This document shows, piece by piece, positions 59,962 through 64,000 of a stretch of 64,000 nucleotides of DNA. The notes beneath the pieces were generated by a model. It ran no database searches. It was given only the letters and a program-made list of their open reading frames with translations, and was not told the DNA's origin. The position numbers and the translations under genes were made by a program. The number at the start of each line of letters is the position of its first letter. Within the stretch, counting starts at the first letter, position 1. Source of the DNA: an uncultured Methanosarcinaceae archaeon (GTDB lineage: Archaea > Halobacteriota > Methanosarcinia > Methanosarcinales > Methanosarcinaceae); the NCBI GenBank assembly GCA_963721455.1, contig CAVRJG010000003.1, positions 32,001 to 96,000 on the forward strand, written 5' to 3'.

Positions 59962-61269
59962 ATGGGAAAACAGACATTTGACAGAATGAAAAAGACAGCA
60001 TGTCTTTTCGTGATAATATTTTTTTCGATATTAGTGTCAACTGCAGCAGCAGAAACCAACTGTAACACAGGGAACGATAGTAACTCAGGGCAGAATACAG
60101 GAACTCCCGAGTATATAGATGCTGGCTCAGGGAACGTATTTAACGATGTCACATTTAACAATGTCACATTTATCAATTCGGTTAATTCACGCAACACATT
60201 TAATAATGTGACATTTAACAATGTCACATTTCGCAATGAGCAGACTCCAAGGATCATCGTTCACAATCGTCAGAGTTCAGGGAACACCGTTAACGATGAG
60301 CTGAACACAGAGGACACCGCTAACAATGAATCACTCGCCGCGGACACTGCTAACAATGAATCATGCGCAGAAGACACTGCTAACAATGAATCGAGCACAA
60401 CGGACACTGCTAACAATGAATCTGAAGTAGGAAGTACTGAAAATAAGGGAGAGAATGCAGGAAGTACCGCTAACGAAGGAGCTTATGCAGGGGCTACCGT
60501 AAATAATGGAAAGAATTCAGGAAGTACTGTTAATGAAGGAGAGAATGCAGGAAGTACCATAACTAATAATTATGGAAAATACGGAGGAAGCACATTTAAC
60601 CTAGGGCAGTACGCAGGAAGCACTCTTAACAATGGAGAGGGTTCAGGAAGCACCCTTAACAATGGAGATGGCTCAGGAAACACTATTTACAATGGAGAGG
60701 GTGCAGGAAGCGCTATTAACTATGGAGAGGAGGCAGGCCAATATAGTTATGGAAGCAGTATTAACAATGGAGAGGAGGCAGGCCAATATAATTATGTTGG
60801 ACCGGGGGCAGGAAGCGCTACTAGCTATGGAGAGGAGGCAGGCCAATATAATTATGTTGGGCCGGGAGCAGGAAGCAGTATTAACAATGGAGTGGATGCA
60901 GGCGACACGAATTATGTTGGGCCGGAAGCAGGAAGCAGTATTAACAATGGAGAGAATGCAGGAAGCACCGTTAACGTGGGAGAGGATGCAGGAAGTACCG
61001 AAAATAATGGAGATCATGCAGGAAGTACCGTAATTAAAGGAGAGGATGCAGGAAGTACCGAAAATAATGGAGATCATGCAGGAAGCACCATAAATAAGGG
61101 AGAGGATGCAGGAAGCACATATAACAATGGAGATAATGTAGGAGCTACTGTAAATAATGGAGATAATTCGGGAAGTAACGAAAATAATGGAGAGAATTCA
61201 GGAAGCACCATAAATAATGGAGAGAATTCAGGGAGTACCATAACCAATAATGTAACCGTAAATAAATGA
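59962..61269 (+). CDS. Secreted Asn/Gly/Ser/Thr-rich repeat protein (predicted beta-solenoid)
   Basis: Signal peptide; NNVTF pentamers; EDTANNES and NNGENAGST(V/I) decamers. Confidence 0.85.
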   Translation: MGKQTFDRMKKTACLFVIIFFSILVSTAAAETNCNTGNDSNSGQNTGTPEYIDAGSGNVFNDVTFNNVTFINSVNSRNTFNNVTFNNVTFRNEQTPRIIVHNRQSSGNTVNDELNTEDTANNESLAADTANNESCAEDTANNESSTTDTANNESEVGSTENKGENAGSTANEGAYAGATVNNGKNSGSTVNEGENAGSTITNNYGKYGGSTFNLGQYAGSTLNNGEGSGSTLNNGDGSGNTIYNGEGAGSAINYGEEAGQYSYGSSINNGEEAGQYNYVGPGAGSATSYGEEAGQYNYVGPGAGSSINNGVDAGDTNYVGPEAGSSINNGENAGSTVNVGEDAGSTENNGDHAGSTVIKGEDAGSTENNGDHAGSTINKGEDAGSTYNNGDNVGATVNNGDNSGSNENNGENSGSTINNGENSGSTITNNVTVNK

Positions 61270-61529
61270 GCAGAACTAAACACAAAACGTAAGTATTCAG
61301 CCTGGGAAAAACGAGGTCAATAGCCATCTTAATTAAGATTCAGTAAGCAAATTTCAGTGAGCTGATTTTCTTAAATTACAGGCTATTGATCATTTTTTTT
61401 CTTTATGGTTTTTGATTGCTTTCTCTTTTTCTCTGGCATACTCTACCCCAAGCTAACAACACGAACTCTGTTAGCTCTCTTCTCTGAAAATTTTCAAAAA
61501 CCATCCAGGAAAGCAACGTTTGTCATAAA

Positions 61530-61905
61530 ATGTTGTTTGGCAAGAAGTCGCAGCATCCATATTTCATCAGGGTAACCCAAATCTTTTGGTTTCATACACG
61601 CAAGTGAGACTAAAAAAGCTCGTGATTCAACGATAATACCTTGATGTCTCTCACTTCTGAATTTGTCTACTAAGCCTTCTTTAACTCCAAAATCTAAAGT
61701 TCTTTTTATCTATTTTCTCACAGTTTTGTAATCTACTTTCAATTCTCTGGAGATTTAAGTATCGTTTTTTCCCTGGTAGCTTAAAAGTATTATCCTGGAT
61801 CTTTCAACAATGCTTGTGGCTTGATTTCTAGAACGACTTAACCTGGTCAGATAATCTAACTCTTTTTGAGTAAACTATAATTTGGGACGACAACTGATAC
61901 GAGGC
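61530..61905 (-). pseudogene. Decayed IS630-family transposase N-terminus
   Basis: Manual translation FTQKELDYL..LSRSR...VERSRIILL...SLACMKPKDLGYPDEIW..RLLA with several stops. Confidence 0.7.
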
Positions 61906-62180
61906 ACGAGCTAATTTTATAGAAAACCAATATATTTATTTTCCAATTCAATTATTTCAAAAATAAGGACAAGTGACCTATCTACGTGAGGGACTTTTCA
62001 ATTTTCAAGACCTTTTTCAAGACGCTTGCTGAGTTCAAACGAATATCTCAAAGCTTTACTTCGAACTTCTTTTCAAATTCTGCCTTTGAAACAGTCCTTT
62101 CCTTTTTATTTCATTCAGCCTCTCAAAATACTCTTCTTTATACATGGCCATGAGTGTAAAATAAAATCCGATATTATTTC

Positions 62181-64000
62181 TCAGGCTGCTGCTTCATAGA
62201 TGCTGCGGTTGTCACCGGCATACGAATCATAAATGTGCTGGAAGACTGTATTGCATTTTTCTTCGTAGGTTTTGGTATCGTATGATTTGGGCAGCCCTCT
62301 ATCAAGTTCATCTTCGATTTCTTTTTTAACTGCCGCGATTGCCTGCTGTTTTTTCCGCCAATCCAGAACGAGTTTCTCAGCTTTTAGTGTGGAAAGCAAT
62401 TCTCTTGCAACTTTTTTTACCTGGCTCTTTTGCTTTTCGGTTAGATCAGGTTTTCTTAGCTTGTCAAAGAGGGAGAGTTCTTCCTCGGTTAAATTTTCCA
62501 TTATTGCTCTCTCATCCTCTGTTTTCAACTTTTTAGCAAATTCTACCAATTCTTTGTAAGAATGATCTACGTTAGCAGAACCTGAATTATACACTTCGAT
62601 CAGTGTTTCGAACTTTTTCTGGTAGTCAAGGCGGCTGCTATTTAATTTCATCATTTCTCTTAGTTTGTAAGAGACAAGGTTTTTCAACCATTCAAACTCG
62701 GTGTTCTTGTGCTGTTTGTCGAATCTGTCTGCCAGAGCATCAAAATCAATGTCTCTAAGAGCAACGATTCTGCCCTTTTTTGATTCCTCTATAATGTATT
62801 CTCTGGATTTAATCGATTTATCAAGCACTCTCTGGATGCTGTCCATTACTCTTGAGATGTCAATTTCAGGATCAAGGGAATGAATTTCTTTTACCAGCTC
62901 TTCATAAAGGGTTATATGCGAAAGAAACTCCGAAGCCCGTTTGTGGGGAAGTAAGGATTTATATATTTTTAGAGCGGCTCCAGCTTCGGTTAAGAATTTC
63001 TTTTTTGTTGACTCGTTTTTGAGAATGGCATCGGTGGCGTTTTTTAAGAGCCTTATCTTCTCAAAACCCGATCTGGTTTTAATGATCTTTCCGGGATTTA
63101 CCGAGAGCCCAAGCAGGAATTTATTTATCTCTCTGACCTTCTTCGCAAGAGCTTCCAGAAGTTTTTCTTTCGGTTTGATCGGGATTTCAATTCCGCCAGA
63201 TTTTGGTGTGGCATAAATTTTCAGGGCCTCTTCAAGGTTTTCGAAGATGCCGATATAGTCAACAATGAAACCCCGGGGTTTTTTCCATAGACCCTGTTGG
63301 CCCTGGCAATTGTTTGCATGAGGCTGTGGTTTCGCATGGGCCTGTCCAGGTAAATTGTTGAAAGTGAAGGGACATCGAAGCCTTCTCTCCATTTGTTGCA
63401 TACGAAAACAATTTTAAGGCTGCTCTTTGAGTCCTTGAAAATTTTTTCCAGATCTTCCTCATTCATTCTTTTTCTGTGCGGCCTGATATTCAGCTTGTTT
63501 TCTTCAAACTTCTTTACCTCATTCTGTCCCTGGCTGACAACAACAGCCATGTCTACGCTTTCAAATTCGGAGATCAGTATTTCCAGAGATTTAGCTTCAC
63601 CTTCGGTTGTAGCTTTTTTCGTCTCCTTAAGTTCATTGATATATGGGTCCCAGTATTTTCTTACTTTGTCGTACATCTTTACCGTTGTGAGCTTATCGAT
63701 GGATACGACAAGGGCTTTTCCGGCATAACCCCGCGTAACATAGTGTTCCACAATGTCTTTTGCAATTGTTTCAAGACGGTCTTCCCTTACGATGATGTGG
63801 TATTCTTTTGCAAACTCGGTGGCAAGTTTGGACTCTTCTTCATCATCCAGACCGGCTTTTTCAATTTCTCCGTAAATATCATCATTGAGGCTATCGTTTT
63901 TCAACTGGACTTCAGGCACACGATTTTCGTAATAGAGAGGGACAGTTGCTCCGTCTTCGATAGAATGCATGAAGTTGTAGATGCTCACGTAGTCCCCAAA
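62181..64000 (-). pseudogene. hsdR: Type I restriction endonuclease subunit R, 3' part; single frameshift near 63280; continues beyond the window
   Basis: IEDGATVPLYYE, GFDVPSL.TIYLDRPM..H.LMQTIARANRV, then IVDYIG in another frame; LVLDWRKK tail. Confidence 0.9.

Noticed and set aside
60632-61077. Alternative-frame repeat ORFs (MERRQA..., antisense) in the solenoid gene
   Set aside because: By-products of the 30-nt coding periodicity; no independent RBS or signal

Overview
Archaeal chromosomal window, almost certainly Methanosarcina. Evidence: PKD, YVTN and disaggregatase-type surface proteins, an MtrA paralog, aIF1A genes, a DUF1724 regulator, and GGAGG/GAGGTG ribosome-binding sites with TATA boxes. 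It is a mosaic accessory region containing four large surface-protein genes, a lipoprotein array, an intact IS1634, IS630/IS1 remnants, four MITE-like elements, type I R-M remnants, a RelBE-type toxin-antitoxin pair, an ABC exporter and an alanine/glycine symporter. Four features stand out. (1) A five-gene cluster (SSADH, ThDP enzyme, SdhA, SdhB, fumarase/aspartase) resembles the cyanobacterial 2-oxoglutarate decarboxylase TCA bypass. (2) A translation/RNA-binding cluster has two CTG-initiated aIF1A genes and 3-4 CxxC-x17-CxxC zinc-finger genes, and the three near-complete zinc-finger copies share a covarying structured 5' leader. (3) Two paralogous unannotated ~190-220 nt non-coding transcription units lie at 45.9-46.9 kb. 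(4) A secreted 10-residue-repeat beta-solenoid candidate sits in an islet bracketed by duplicated hsdR 3' ends. All calls are from visual recognition only; no searches or folding were run. Single-base frameshifts could be sequencing errors.
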